Part shown: piece after piece, positions 8,781-19,382 of the stretch | Position numbering within the stretch: the stretch's first letter is position 1 | Layout: each line of letters begins with the position of its first letter | Assembly: GCA_048938895.1 (NCBI GenBank) | Contig: JBHLLU010000020.1 | Coordinates: 1,082 to 65,081 of the forward strand | Direction: 5' to 3' | Length of the DNA: 64,000 nt | Origin: Promethearchaeota archaeon | GTDB taxonomy: Archaea; Asgardarchaeota; Lokiarchaeia; Sigyniarchaeales; SOKP01 | The notes under the pieces: generated by a model | Told to the model about the DNA's origin: nothing | Database searches by the model: none | The model's input: the letters and a program-made list of their open reading frames with translations, nothing else | Translations under genes and position numbers: made by a program

Positions 8781-10760
8781 TTATTTTAAACTTCTGATGT
8801 ATTTTTGAGCATCTGTCATAGCTTCTTTTATATCACGAGGTCTCTTGCAATCGCCGATTAGGACAATTTCAGGGGCAACTCCTTCGAATTTCTCCTTCAA
8901 TACTTTACCATTGGCAATCCGAGAGCCACAATAAACAAGAGTATCTGCCTCAATGAATTGTTCCTCTTGATTCTCATCAAGAAAAGATATTCCATCTTTA
9001 GTAACATCTTGAAGTTTCGCTTTGTAATAGACTGGTATTTTTTTATCTCTTAAGTATCTCATCAAATACATTCTTCTTCCTGCATTTCCCATTAATAACT
9101 GTCCTACTATCGTGTTGGAACCTATGAGCGCTTTAACATTATAATCTTGTTCTCCTAGTGTGGTAACAGTTTCTAAACCTCCTTTCCAATAAGCATTTAA
9201 GCCCCAGATAACCACATTTTTGCCCATAGGTTTGCTTTTTAATATTGCTTCATCCTGAGTTATCACATTTGAACTTTCCTGAAACTTTACCGGAACAGTT
9301 GCTTCTGACCCTACAGCAAGAATTAAAATATCAGTATTTAACGCTTCAACTTCTCCTTTTGATAAATCTTTGTTTAGATGAATTGGAACATTTAATTTCT
9401 TTAATTGAGCTTCTAACCAATTCACCATTAGCATAAAGCGTTCCTTTTTATATTCCATGGCTAAAAGTGGCATTAGTCCACCTACTTTATCTGATTTTTC
9501 ATATAGTTCAACATGATGGCCTCGAAGTTTTGCTATCCGTGCTGCTTCCATCCCTGCAATTCCTGCCCCTAAGATTACAATTTTCTTAGATTCAGAGGAG
9601 GGAGTAAGTTCTTTATAGTCTAATCCACTAAAAGCGTCATATACACAAGTTCCACAGCTTTGCAGACAACCGATGCAACGCTTAATACCATCAATTTGCC
9701 CGTTAAAATATTTGTTGGGGGTCTCTGGATCGCATATTAATTGACGCCCTAGGTTAATGATATCTGCTTTTCCCTGCTGGATAAACTCATCTGCCATTCG
9801 TGGATCATTAATATTCCCAACGCCAAAAACAGGAATATTCACCACTTTTTTAATTGCTTCAGGTAAATGTATATAGCATCCATATTCACAATAAAGAGGA
9901 ATTGTTATACCAAAAGGACTTCTAAGGATGATTCCTTGGGATACATCTAGAGCATCAACTCCCGCTTTTTCAAGCTGTTTTGCTATTTCTTTTGTATCTT
10001 CAATCCTATTTCCATCGTGAACTAATTCATCACCTGAGATTCGAACCATTATCGGGGGAATATCTCCTATAGTTTCCCTCATTTTAGCTACCGTTTCTTT
10101 TATAAATTGACACCTTTTCTCAATAGTCCCACCATATTTATCTGTTCTTTTATTAAAATATGGTGATAAAAAAGAGCATGGTAATGTTCCATGAGCAGAA
10201 TGAACCATCACATAATCGAAACCCGCCTGGATTACTCTTTTTGCAGCAGCAGCATATAAGTCTTGAATACCGCTGATCTCTTCAATTGTTAATTCTCTGA
10301 TCTTAAGATCCTTATTTCTTATAGTTTCACCCCAAACGGGTGACATAAAATCAAATGCTGAAGTGGCATGGGCCATATCTATGCTAGATGGACCTATATT
10401 TGCGGGAGCAAAGAAACCCGCCATTGCACCAAAAGTATATCCAATCATACCCACTTTATTTATTTGCATTCCGATTTTAGTTCCATATTGATGAATAATG
10501 TCGGTTAACTTCTTATAAGCCGGGATATTCTCATCACTTCCAATATTCGCACCCATTCCCCCTTTAGCCCAAGGATCAACCTGAGCTGCCTCGTAAGTCA
10601 TTATCCCTACCCCTCCACGAGCTTTTACTTCATATCCATTAATGGTTCTCTGAGTAGGACAGCCTTCAACATCAGAAGAACTGGTCAACATTGGGGGATA
10701 ACCAAATCTATTCTTAACTTCCATATTTCGAATAGTAATAGGATCTGTTATTTTCGGCAT
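8781..10760 (-). CDS. FadH/BaiCD-like multidomain flavoenzyme (OYE barrel + Fe-S + FAD/NAD domain)
   Basis: N-terminal TIM barrel (HSAHGTL, NKRTDKYGG), CIGCLQSC, GAGIAGMEAA Rossmann motif, IGDC. Confidence 0.9.
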   Translation of the reverse strand: MPKITDPITIRNMEVKNRFGYPPMLTSSSDVEGCPTQRTINGYEVKARGGVGIMTYEAAQVDPWAKGGMGANIGSDENIPAYKKLTDIIHQYGTKIGMQINKVGMIGYTFGAMAGFFAPANIGPSSIDMAHATSAFDFMSPVWGETIRNKDLKIRELTIEEISGIQDLYAAAAKRVIQAGFDYVMVHSAHGTLPCSFLSPYFNKRTDKYGGTIEKRCQFIKETVAKMRETIGDIPPIMVRISGDELVHDGNRIEDTKEIAKQLEKAGVDALDVSQGIILRSPFGITIPLYCEYGCYIHLPEAIKKVVNIPVFGVGNINDPRMADEFIQQGKADIINLGRQLICDPETPNKYFNGQIDGIKRCIGCLQSCGTCVYDAFSGLDYKELTPSSESKKIVILGAGIAGMEAARIAKLRGHHVELYEKSDKVGGLMPLLAMEYKKERFMLMVNWLEAQLKKLNVPIHLNKDLSKGEVEALNTDILILAVGSEATVPVKFQESSNVITQDEAILKSKPMGKNVVIWGLNAYWKGGLETVTTLGEQDYNVKALIGSNTIVGQLLMGNAGRRMYLMRYLRDKKIPVYYKAKLQDVTKDGISFLDENQEEQFIEADTLVYCGSRIANGKVLKEKFEGVAPEIVLIGDCKRPRDIKEAMTDAQKYIRSLK

Positions 10761-11002
10761 TTTTCAAATTACACCATTCTGAAATTTATATTTTTTTTAG
10801 TAATGAAAGAGAAAATTAACTCTAAAAAAAACGTTTTCATTTTAAATTTTCTGGATAAGCTCCATCTCAGATATTAAAATCGCAGTTTTTGACACACTCT
10901 TGACATATTTGGTAGTATTGAATCCATGGACAAATAAACTTTAAGTTAAATCAAGTTGTTTTAATTATTAAAATTTTTAAATTTTAAAAAAGTGAGAAAA
11001 TT

Positions 11003-12979
11003 ATACCAAGACTAACAGATTCTTTAAAAATAAGAAATATGGAAATAAAAAATCGGCTTGGATATCCACCTATGATGTCAGGTTCGATCTCAAATGGAGT
11101 TCCTGGAAAGAATTTTTACAATGTTTATGAGCCACTAGCAAGAGGTGGAGCTGGATTGATTACAGTAGAAGCTTCTTCACCAGATCCGATGAATACTCCA
11201 ATTACACCATGTATAGGATTGGACGAAAATATCCCAGCGTTTAAAAAATTCACTGATAAAATTCATGAATATGGTACCAAGATCGGCATCCAAATTGCAC
11301 ATGGAGGTATACTTACCCTAATGTTTATTGCCATAATGAAAATGAACATGCCGGTTTTTGCTCCTTCTAGCGTGGATCCTGTAGTAGCTAGTTCTTCTTA
11401 TGAGCTTATTAATCCTAACTGGCGCGAAGATTTAGCAAAAACAGGATTTAAAGAAATTCATGCAATGACAAAACAAGAAATTATAGATGTTGAGGATAGA
11501 TTTGCTGCTGCTGGAAAAAGAGCAATTGAAGCGGGATTTGATTACGTAGAGATCCATTCTGCTCATGGAACGTTATATCACGATTTTTTATCACCTTATT
11601 ATAATCAAAGAACAGATGAATACGGGGGTTCATGGGAAAATAAAACCCGATTTATTAGAGAAACCGTCGAGAAAATGAGAGATAAAATTGGAGATAATCC
11701 CCTTTTTGTTCGGATATCTGCTGAAGAACTTTTAGAAGATGGGTTAAAATTAAAAGATCAGCAAGAAGTTGCGAAAATCTTAGAAAAAATTGGTGTTGAT
11801 TGTATAGATGTCAGCCAAGGAATACAAGTAAGGAAACCTATAGGTATAAATATTCCAACATATATCCCAGCAGGTGGTTTTATTCATCACGCTGAGGGAA
11901 TTAAAAAAGTGGTGAATATTCCTGTCATAGGTGTGGGAAATATCGTTGATCCAAAAATGGCTGATGAGTTTATCCAGCAGGGAAAAGCAGATATCATCTA
12001 TATGGGAAGACAACTATTAACAGATCCTGAAACCCCAAATAAATATTTTAACGGGCAAATTGATGATATTAAGCATTGTATTGGCTGTCAAGTCGGTTGT
12101 GGTGCTGTGTGTGTTCTTAATCCATTTGAAAGACATGCCTACAAAGAACTTATTCCAACTGATGACCCCAAAAAAATTATTGTTTTGGGAGCTGGTATTG
12201 CCGGGATGGAATTAGCACGGATAGCGAAACTTCGAGGACATGATGTTGAGATATATGAAAAATCAGACAAAGTGGGCGGATTGATGCATATATTAGCAGC
12301 AGAATACAAAAAAGAACAATTTATGAATATTGTGAATTACCAGAAAATCCAACTTAAGAAGCTAGATGTTCCCATTCATTTTAATAGAGAATTAACAACT
12401 AATGAAATAAAGGAACTGGATTGCGATGTTTTAGCATTTGCTGTAGGCACTGAAGCAGTACTTCCTGTTAAATATAAAGATTACCCAAATGTGATAACCC
12501 AGGATGAGGCTATATTAAAGAGCAAACCAATAGGTAAAAATGTCGTTATTTGGGGTTTGGATACCTATTGGAAGGGAGGGGCAGAAACCGCAATAACATT
12601 AAGAGAGCAAGGTTATAACATTAAAGCCATTGCTGGAACGGAAAAAATGTTAGCAGGAACACTTACTCAAGCTAGACTTACTGGCAGGGTTACATGGATT
12701 CACCAGTATTTTAAAGATAATAAAATACCGCAATTCAAAGAAGCTAAACTTATTGATGTTTCTAAAAACGCTGTAATAATCCAAGACTCTGAGGGAAAGG
12801 AACATGAAATTGAAGCTGACACGCTAGTTCATATTGGGGCTAGAACTACACCAAAAAAGACTCTAGAAAAAGAGTTTGAAGATGTAGGATTTAAAGTTGA
12901 ATTTGTTGGAGATTGTAAAACCCCACGAGATATTCAAGCGGCAATAAAAGACGCCCAAACTTTAGCACGTGCTATTTAA
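11003..12979 (+). CDS. FadH/BaiCD-like flavoenzyme, divergent paralog; probable ATA start at 11003 (ORF track starts at 11039)
   Basis: Same architecture (HSAHGTL, NQRTDEYGG, CIGCQVGC, GAGIAG); upstream in-frame IPRLTDSLKIRN aligns with the paralog's MPKITDPITIRN. Confidence 0.88.
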   Translation: MPRLTDSLKIRNMEIKNRLGYPPMMSGSISNGVPGKNFYNVYEPLARGGAGLITVEASSPDPMNTPITPCIGLDENIPAFKKFTDKIHEYGTKIGIQIAHGGILTLMFIAIMKMNMPVFAPSSVDPVVASSSYELINPNWREDLAKTGFKEIHAMTKQEIIDVEDRFAAAGKRAIEAGFDYVEIHSAHGTLYHDFLSPYYNQRTDEYGGSWENKTRFIRETVEKMRDKIGDNPLFVRISAEELLEDGLKLKDQQEVAKILEKIGVDCIDVSQGIQVRKPIGINIPTYIPAGGFIHHAEGIKKVVNIPVIGVGNIVDPKMADEFIQQGKADIIYMGRQLLTDPETPNKYFNGQIDDIKHCIGCQVGCGAVCVLNPFERHAYKELIPTDDPKKIIVLGAGIAGMELARIAKLRGHDVEIYEKSDKVGGLMHILAAEYKKEQFMNIVNYQKIQLKKLDVPIHFNRELTTNEIKELDCDVLAFAVGTEAVLPVKYKDYPNVITQDEAILKSKPIGKNVVIWGLDTYWKGGAETAITLREQGYNIKAIAGTEKMLAGTLTQARLTGRVTWIHQYFKDNKIPQFKEAKLIDVSKNAVIIQDSEGKEHEIEADTLVHIGARTTPKKTLEKEFEDVGFKVEFVGDCKTPRDIQAAIKDAQTLARAI

Positions 12980-13153
12980 TTCTTTCTATATAATCAATAT
13001 ACCATTTCTTTTTCCTTTTTTTTCTTTAATTCTTAGTAATTAGTTGAGAATTTCTTCACCCACAGTTGATATAATTCCATTTGGAGAAATGAATCTGAAC
13101 TCTTATATTCTTGAGACAAAAAGATTAAAAAAAAAAATAATAAAAAGATAGTT

Positions 13154-14359
13154 TTAATCTAAAGCTTGGTTAATTAAATCAGTTAAGTCAACCATTTTAA
13201 GACTAGAACCGAGATCTTTAATAGCATCTGCTAAATTCCTGTAGCAGAAAGGACACATACTCACAAGGAGTTCTGCACCTGTGTCTTCTGCTTCCTGTAT
13301 TCTACTTTTTGCAATTTCTAATGCTAAATCCGAAAATCCTTTCTTAACTCCTCCCCCAGCACCACAACACTTAGCACTCTGCTTGATTGTCTTCATTTCA
13401 GTTAGATCTGCAATTTTGTTTAATATCTCTCTTGGTTCCTCAAAAAGTCCCATATGTCTTCCTGTATGGCATGGATCATGATATGTCGCTTTTAATCCTA
13501 ATTTCTTCAACTGAACATTATTCTCTTTGAAGTATTTGTTTAGGAATTCAATTGTATGATACACAGTTATTCCTAAATCTTCCATATGGTCGGCGTAATC
13601 CTTTTTTAAAGTTCGATAACAACCAGCACAGCTTGTTACTATGGTTTTTATTCCACTTTTCTTAAAAAGTTCATAGTTCTTAGTAGCAACTGTATTAAAA
13701 GCTTTATGATCTCCTGTCCTCATTGCGACGCTTCCGCAACAGACTTCTTTTTCACCAAATACAGAAAAATCTATATCTAATTTCTTAAAAATCTGAGCTG
13801 TGTTAATTGCCACATTCTCTATATCTGGAGTTAATGCTGCAGTGCATCCTACAAAATATAATAGTTCTGTTGGTTCTGTGTTGGCATCTTTTACTTTGAA
13901 ATCAAGTTTCTCTAACCAACTTGCTTTAAGTTTATTATCTCTTTCATAAGGATTTAAAAGCTCAACCATAGCTTTATTCATCGGAACATGGGCTTCAAGA
14001 CCACATCCAGCATCAACTAGTTCAGCTCTCAGTGCTTCATATAAGGCAACATTGTCCATATCATATGCACAGGCTTCCGCACAGGTGTTGCAGGTCGGAC
14101 ATTGATATATTACCTCCGCCATTTCTTTACTTAACTCTAATTTGCCCTGCCAAAGTGAACGAATGATCTGCATTTTCCCTCTTGCGAAAAAGGGTTCAAA
14201 TCCAGAAGAATGGTCTCTTGCTACACAAACTCCCCATCTTGGTGGATCTGCGGTATAATCCGTTTGTTCTCTACAATCTCCACAAGCTATACATTGCAGT
14301 ATATTTGGACCAATTTTTGCCAAATGCTTGTACTTCTCTTTTGGATCAAATTCTGTCAT
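13154..14359 (-). CDS. GlcF/HdrD-like Fe-S oxidoreductase subunit (2x[4Fe-4S] + two CCG domains)
   Basis: CIACGDC, CPTCNTCAEAC, YFVGC, EVCCGS, TSCAGC, TYHDPCH, CCGAGGG, CPFC. Confidence 0.9.
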   Translation of the reverse strand: MTEFDPKEKYKHLAKIGPNILQCIACGDCREQTDYTADPPRWGVCVARDHSSGFEPFFARGKMQIIRSLWQGKLELSKEMAEVIYQCPTCNTCAEACAYDMDNVALYEALRAELVDAGCGLEAHVPMNKAMVELLNPYERDNKLKASWLEKLDFKVKDANTEPTELLYFVGCTAALTPDIENVAINTAQIFKKLDIDFSVFGEKEVCCGSVAMRTGDHKAFNTVATKNYELFKKSGIKTIVTSCAGCYRTLKKDYADHMEDLGITVYHTIEFLNKYFKENNVQLKKLGLKATYHDPCHTGRHMGLFEEPREILNKIADLTEMKTIKQSAKCCGAGGGVKKGFSDLALEIAKSRIQEAEDTGAELLVSMCPFCYRNLADAIKDLGSSLKMVDLTDLINQALD

Positions 14360-14363
14360 TTTT

Positions 14364-15899
14364 TTAATCCTCCTCTTCTACATAATAATCTTTAAATTTT
14401 GAATCATAAGTGTGAAGATGGAACTTATTTGGACTTAAAAGATAGTTAGGATCAACAGTCTTCTTCAAATCTCTAAAAAACTGTTCATATTCAGGAGTAA
14501 ACGCTCCTGCTTCAGTAACCGATTGTGAGATAGATTCTCCTAACCAGTAGTGAGCACCTCCATAACGGACTTGGTGTCGTATCTTCCTATGCCAGTTTTT
14601 CATGTTTTTATCCCTCTCTCCTTCTATATTTTTACCACCCACTCCTCCTAACACTACAAAATTACCGTTTGGTAAAAAATATAGCATTGAAGCAAAGATT
14701 CCAGGATATATAGCACCTATTCCCATCTCAACAGCGTGTTTCTTACTGAAATCAACTACTTTGGTAAATATCTCTCCCATGTGTGAAATGGGTACTTTAT
14801 GACAAGTTGCCATTGAAATCTGCGCAGGCATAGGTGAAATAGATGCCTGAAAGAAATGAAATGTACCTTCAAGATCATAACCAAATTTAGGTTCATCCTC
14901 CAAATCTGGTCTTAATAGTGAAGCAGGTACTCTCTCTGAATCATTCTTCATTATTTCTGTGAGTTTTTCTAATTTCAAATCTAATGTACTTTCTTCCATA
15001 GCTTCTATTGTTATATTCATTAGAGGTCCTCTACCTTCAATTGTTTGTCCCGTTCTCTTCTTAAATTCAGGCTTAGCCATTTGGATCATGATAGCTGGTA
15101 ACACTGAAAGATCTCTTAATCCCTCATTTATTTCGAATCGAATTTTGTGGGCTAATTTAAATACAGCATTATAGTCTTCTTTTTCAAGTACATACATACG
15201 AGCTTGTTTATATGGTGGATCAGGAAATAATCGCAGAATTGCTTTCGTTTTTATACCCATAGTGCCTACATCGCCCATAAAAAGACCTGTGAAGTCTGGT
15301 GAAACACCATAACGGCAGAAGGGTTGAGCATATTTATTTGCTTGAGAACCAGTTTTAATAATTGTTCCTTCTGGATTTGGTAAAACTGCTGTTACTCCTA
15401 AACAGATATCGGGAACTAAGCCATATTTCGTAGAGCCACCACCTGCAGTACTATTGGAAAGGCCACCGCCTATTGTTGCAGCGAATCCACTTCCAGGGCC
15501 GATTACTCCTGTAGTATAACCAGTAGGATGGAGATGTGATATGAGTGCACCCCAAGTGATCCCACAACCGACTACTACGTAGTAATCATCTTTGTTGAAT
15601 TCTTCCACTTGGTTCATTCGTGTAAGGTCTATAAGAATACCTTGTTCTGTAACGCTGCCTCCTACAAGATCAGCTCCTCCACCTCTAGGTACCATACGTA
15701 TTTTATACTTATTTGCGATTTTAACAATCTCTGACACTTCTTCAGTAGTTTCAGGACGCACTATTATATCAGCCCAACGATCAGGAAATGCAGGATCCAC
15801 ATTTCTTGAGTATGCGGCTTTCATAAAATCTTTGTCAGTTACATAGTCTTGTCCTACAACACTTTCAATCTCACTATATGCTTCTTTAACTTTTGAAAT
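14364..15899 (-). CDS. VAO/PCMH-family FAD-binding oxidoreductase, copy 1 (GlcD/AGPS-like); probable ATT start at 15899
   Basis: RPETTEEVS, PRGGGADLVGG, IDLTRMN, ATIGG, KYG, DP..LLSPNK; 25 homologous codons upstream of the ORF-track Met at 15824; stop codon 4 nt from the Fe-S partner start. Confidence 0.88.
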   Translation of the reverse strand: MSKVKEAYSEIESVVGQDYVTDKDFMKAAYSRNVDPAFPDRWADIIVRPETTEEVSEIVKIANKYKIRMVPRGGGADLVGGSVTEQGILIDLTRMNQVEEFNKDDYYVVVGCGITWGALISHLHPTGYTTGVIGPGSGFAATIGGGLSNSTAGGGSTKYGLVPDICLGVTAVLPNPEGTIIKTGSQANKYAQPFCRYGVSPDFTGLFMGDVGTMGIKTKAILRLFPDPPYKQARMYVLEKEDYNAVFKLAHKIRFEINEGLRDLSVLPAIMIQMAKPEFKKRTGQTIEGRGPLMNITIEAMEESTLDLKLEKLTEIMKNDSERVPASLLRPDLEDEPKFGYDLEGTFHFFQASISPMPAQISMATCHKVPISHMGEIFTKVVDFSKKHAVEMGIGAIYPGIFASMLYFLPNGNFVVLGGVGGKNIEGERDKNMKNWHRKIRHQVRYGGAHYWLGESISQSVTEAGAFTPEYEQFFRDLKKTVDPNYLLSPNKFHLHTYDSKFKDYYVEEED

Positions 15900-15941
15900 T
15901 TTAAATCACTTCTATATGTAAAAGTTATTTGATTTTGTTTA

Positions 15942-15970
15942 AATGTTGAATTTAATTTAATAGTTATTCT
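15942..15970 (-). promoter_or_regulatory. Putative archaeal promoter shared with the copy 2 upstream region
   Basis: Minus strand AGAATAACTATTAAATTAAATTCAACATT, closely similar to AGAATAATTATTAAATTTGATTCGACATT at 17592-17620; BRE/TATA-like. Confidence 0.5.
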
Positions 15971-16067
15971 TAATTCAACCTTCAATTTTAAAATGATTTA
16001 CAAATAATAGAACGGTTATTCTCAAAATTGTAAACAAAAATTTAAAAAAAGAAAGAGATTCTTTAAA

Positions 16068-17558
16068 TTAGTCTGGTTCTACATAATAATCTGCGAACTT
16101 TGAATCATATGTATGCAGATGAAACTTGTTGGGGGATAATAAATAATTGGGATCCACAGTTTTCTTAATATCCCTGAAGAATTGTTCATATTCTGGAGTA
16201 AAAGCTCCTGATTCAGTAACCGATTGCGAAATTGACTCCCCTAACCAATAGTGGGCACCACCATATCGTACTTGGGTTCTAATTTTTGAATGCCATAAGT
16301 TCATATTCCTTTCCCGCATTTCATCTTTATTTTCTCCCCCCACACCACCTAACACAACCATATTTCCATTAGGTAAGAAATATTGTGTTGCTTCAAATAT
16401 CCCTGGCATTACTGAACCTGGTATATCTTTTGCATGCCTATTATTCCAATCAACATTTTCATCATGAACATGACCCAATGTCGATATTGGAATTTTATGA
16501 CACGTTGCCATAGCAATTCTTCCAGGAACTGGAGAAATACCCGCCTGAAAGTAGTGAAAAGCTGCTTTCAGATTCGGTTGAGCATTAGCTCCCGGAGCAG
16601 CAGGCATCATAATGGTGTCTTCTTTCATGATATCTTCGAGAGTTTTAATATATTTCTCAAGAATGTCTAGTTCCATTGCTTCTAGTGTAACTGATACCCC
16701 TGGACCTTTAGCATTCGGTATTTTAAATTGTGCAAAATAAAAGGGTGGAAATGCACTTAAGCCAAGTAGGCCATCAGGAATTTCGTACCTAATTTTTTTA
16801 GCTAATAAAAAGACTTTATTATAATCATATTCCTTGAGGATAAAAGTTCTATTGGCTTTATAGGGATGTTCGCGATATATTCTCATATAAGCCTTGCATT
16901 TAATTCCCAAAGTTCCAACATCCCCCATGAACAAACCTGTAAAATCAGGTGATACTCCATATCTGCAGAAAGGCTTTGCATACTTATTTGCTGCTGAACC
17001 TGTTCTGATAATTGTACCTTCTGGATTTGGAAGTACTACCTCAACACCAAGACAATTATCTGGAACGAGACCATATTTAGTTGAGCCACCTCCAGCAGTA
17101 CTATTAGAAAGACCCCCTCCTATTGTTGCGGAGAACCCACTTCCCGGACCAGTCACTCCCGTTGTATAGCCCTCAGGGATTAATTGAGAAAGTAAATCTC
17201 CCCATGTGATTCCTACTCCCACTACAATATAGTAATCATCCTTGTTAAATTCCTCAAGTTTATTCATTCGTGTCAAATCAATTAATATGCCTTCTTCAGT
17301 AACACTTCCTCCTACTAAATCGGCACCGCCCCCTCTAGGAACCATACGCATTTTATATTTATTTGCGATTTTTACGATTTCTGACACTTCTTCGGTAGTT
17401 TCCGGTCTCACTATTATATCTGCCCATCTATCTGGAAATGCTGGATCTACATTTCTGGAGTATGCAGCTTTCATAAAATCTTTATCAGAAACATAATCTT
17501 CCCCAACAACACTCTCAATTTCACTATATGCTTCTTTAACTTTAGACAATTTTATCAC
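16068..17558 (-). CDS. VAO-family FAD-binding oxidoreductase, copy 2 (probable start TTG 17549)
   Basis: Same motifs as copy 1; C-terminal GGAHYWLGESISQS. Confidence 0.9.
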   Translation of the reverse strand: MIKLSKVKEAYSEIESVVGEDYVSDKDFMKAAYSRNVDPAFPDRWADIIVRPETTEEVSEIVKIANKYKMRMVPRGGGADLVGGSVTEEGILIDLTRMNKLEEFNKDDYYIVVGVGITWGDLLSQLIPEGYTTGVTGPGSGFSATIGGGLSNSTAGGGSTKYGLVPDNCLGVEVVLPNPEGTIIRTGSAANKYAKPFCRYGVSPDFTGLFMGDVGTLGIKCKAYMRIYREHPYKANRTFILKEYDYNKVFLLAKKIRYEIPDGLLGLSAFPPFYFAQFKIPNAKGPGVSVTLEAMELDILEKYIKTLEDIMKEDTIMMPAAPGANAQPNLKAAFHYFQAGISPVPGRIAMATCHKIPISTLGHVHDENVDWNNRHAKDIPGSVMPGIFEATQYFLPNGNMVVLGGVGGENKDEMRERNMNLWHSKIRTQVRYGGAHYWLGESISQSVTESGAFTPEYEQFFRDIKKTVDPNYLLSPNKFHLHTYDSKFADYYVEPD

Positions 17559-17591
17559 ATAATCAATATATAATTCAATTGATATTTTATT

Positions 17592-17620
17592 AATGTCGAA
17601 TCAAATTTAATAATTATTCT
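17592..17620 (-). promoter_or_regulatory. Putative archaeal promoter of copy 2
   Basis: Conserved with 15942-15970 and at an equivalent distance from the inferred start codon. Confidence 0.5.
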
Positions 17621-17685
17621 TTAATTGTTTTCTCTAAATAGCTGTTTCTTTCTTTAAAAGAATAAAAAAGTAGAAAGATGATTAT

Positions 17686-19230
17686 TTAATTATTATCATG
17701 TACAATGTAGTCAGAAAATTTACTATCATAACTATGAAGATGGAACTTATTAGGAGAGAGAAGGAAATTAGGATCTACCGTCTTCTTTATATCTCTGAAA
17801 AATTGTTCAAAATCTTCTGTAAATGCTCCTGCTTCTGTAATGGATTGACTAATTGATTCCCCAAGCCAGTAGTGTACTCCTCCATATCTCACTTGATATC
17901 GTATCTTTTTATGCCATAAATCCATCGAGAGCTGACGTTTTTCCTCAACATTGTCGGCGTTAAAACCACCAACAAAAATACAATTACCATTTGGCATAAA
18001 AGCAATAACACCAGCCCATATTGCCATAGTTCCAGAAGGATATGTCTTACTATGATCAATATCAAACTGTTGAGCTTTTTTTGACAATTCTGGTAGCCCA
18101 GACATAGGTACCTTATGGCAAGTTGTACAGGTAACCTTAGGAGGTGCCACAGAAATCAAATTATGGAAATAGTTGAAACTTGCTTTAAGATTATACTGCC
18201 AAGTATCAGGACGTTCCCGGTCTGGAGCCAATTCACCCATTGCGAAGGGGCGTGTCGCCTCGTCTTTCAACATAATATTATCAACTTTTTCAAGATATAC
18301 ATCCAAAATTCGTTGATCTGTCGCTTCTAAGTTTATCGCGGCTATTGGACCTTTAATTCTTACTCTAGGAGATCCTGGAGGTCTTTGAGCAGCCATAATC
18401 ATACTAATTTCATATGGTAATACACTTAAACCAAGCAATCCATCTCCTACCTCTTTTCTCAACTTATGAGCTTTCGCAAAGACCATATTGTAATCATTTT
18501 TACTGAATGCATATAATCGTGAAGCTTTATATGGAGGATCTGGGAAAAGTCGCATGAAGGCTTTTGTTTTAATACCTAAAGTCCCAACATCACCCATAAA
18601 TAATCCTGTAAAATCTGGAGATACACCATATCGACAGAAAGGTGTAGCATATTGATTAGAAGCGGCCCCAGTCTTTATGATTCTGCCCTCTGGTCCTGGT
18701 AACACGACCTCGACACCTAAACACACATCGGGAACTAATCCATATTTTGTAGAACCCCCTCCCGCAGTGCTATTTGATAAACCGCCACCGATTGTTGCTG
18801 AGAAACCGCTTCCAGGGCCGGTAACTCCGGATGTAAGACCCCTTGGATGTAATTCTGAGAGTAGTGCCCCCCATGTGACTCCACACTCAACTATATAATA
18901 AAAATCATCTTCATTAATCTCTAAAATCTTATTCATTCGAGTTAAATCAATTAAGATTCCTCCTTCAGTTGTGGATCCGCCAACCAGATCTGCACCACCA
19001 CCTCTTGGGACCATATGTATCTTGTATTTATTCGCAATCTTGACAATCTCAGATACTTCTTCAGTGGTTTCAGGACGTACGATCATATCAGCCCAGCGAT
19101 CAGGAAATGCAGGATCTACATTTCTTGAGTATGCGGCTTTCATAAAATCTTTATCAGTTATAAATTCATCTCCAACAACGTGTTCAATTTCCTTGTAAGC
19201 GTTTTTTACTTTTGAGATTTTTATCACCAT
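17686..19230 (-). CDS. VAO-family FAD-binding oxidoreductase, copy 3
   Basis: Same FAD-binding motifs; TCHK and GGVHYWLG. Confidence 0.9.
   Translation of the reverse strand: MVIKISKVKNAYKEIEHVVGDEFITDKDFMKAAYSRNVDPAFPDRWADMIVRPETTEEVSEIVKIANKYKIHMVPRGGGADLVGGSTTEGGILIDLTRMNKILEINEDDFYYIVECGVTWGALLSELHPRGLTSGVTGPGSGFSATIGGGLSNSTAGGGSTKYGLVPDVCLGVEVVLPGPEGRIIKTGAASNQYATPFCRYGVSPDFTGLFMGDVGTLGIKTKAFMRLFPDPPYKASRLYAFSKNDYNMVFAKAHKLRKEVGDGLLGLSVLPYEISMIMAAQRPPGSPRVRIKGPIAAINLEATDQRILDVYLEKVDNIMLKDEATRPFAMGELAPDRERPDTWQYNLKASFNYFHNLISVAPPKVTCTTCHKVPMSGLPELSKKAQQFDIDHSKTYPSGTMAIWAGVIAFMPNGNCIFVGGFNADNVEEKRQLSMDLWHKKIRYQVRYGGVHYWLGESISQSITEAGAFTEDFEQFFRDIKKTVDPNFLLSPNKFHLHSYDSKFSDYIVHDNN
18974..19107. 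repeat. Left arm of a 134-bp inverted repeat (partner 20275-20408)
   Basis: Manual comparison gives 2 mismatches in 134 nt; 18974-19071 is identical to the reverse complement of 20311-20408 (98 nt). Confidence 0.85.
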
Positions 19231-19382
19231 TTAATATAACATCAATTATTAAGAAATACGGGTGAGAAACTAATAAAAGTTTCTTTTTTATACGATTATG
19301 GCTACAACTGTATCAATAAAATAATACTTGAATATTGCAAAAGTTAAAATCAACTTTCAAAAATAGTAGTCATCGGTTCAGT

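Noticed and set aside
13040-13105. Possible protein C-terminal relic (RFISPNGIISTVGEEILN*) on the minus strand
   Set aside because: Too short, with no recognisable parent gene in the window.
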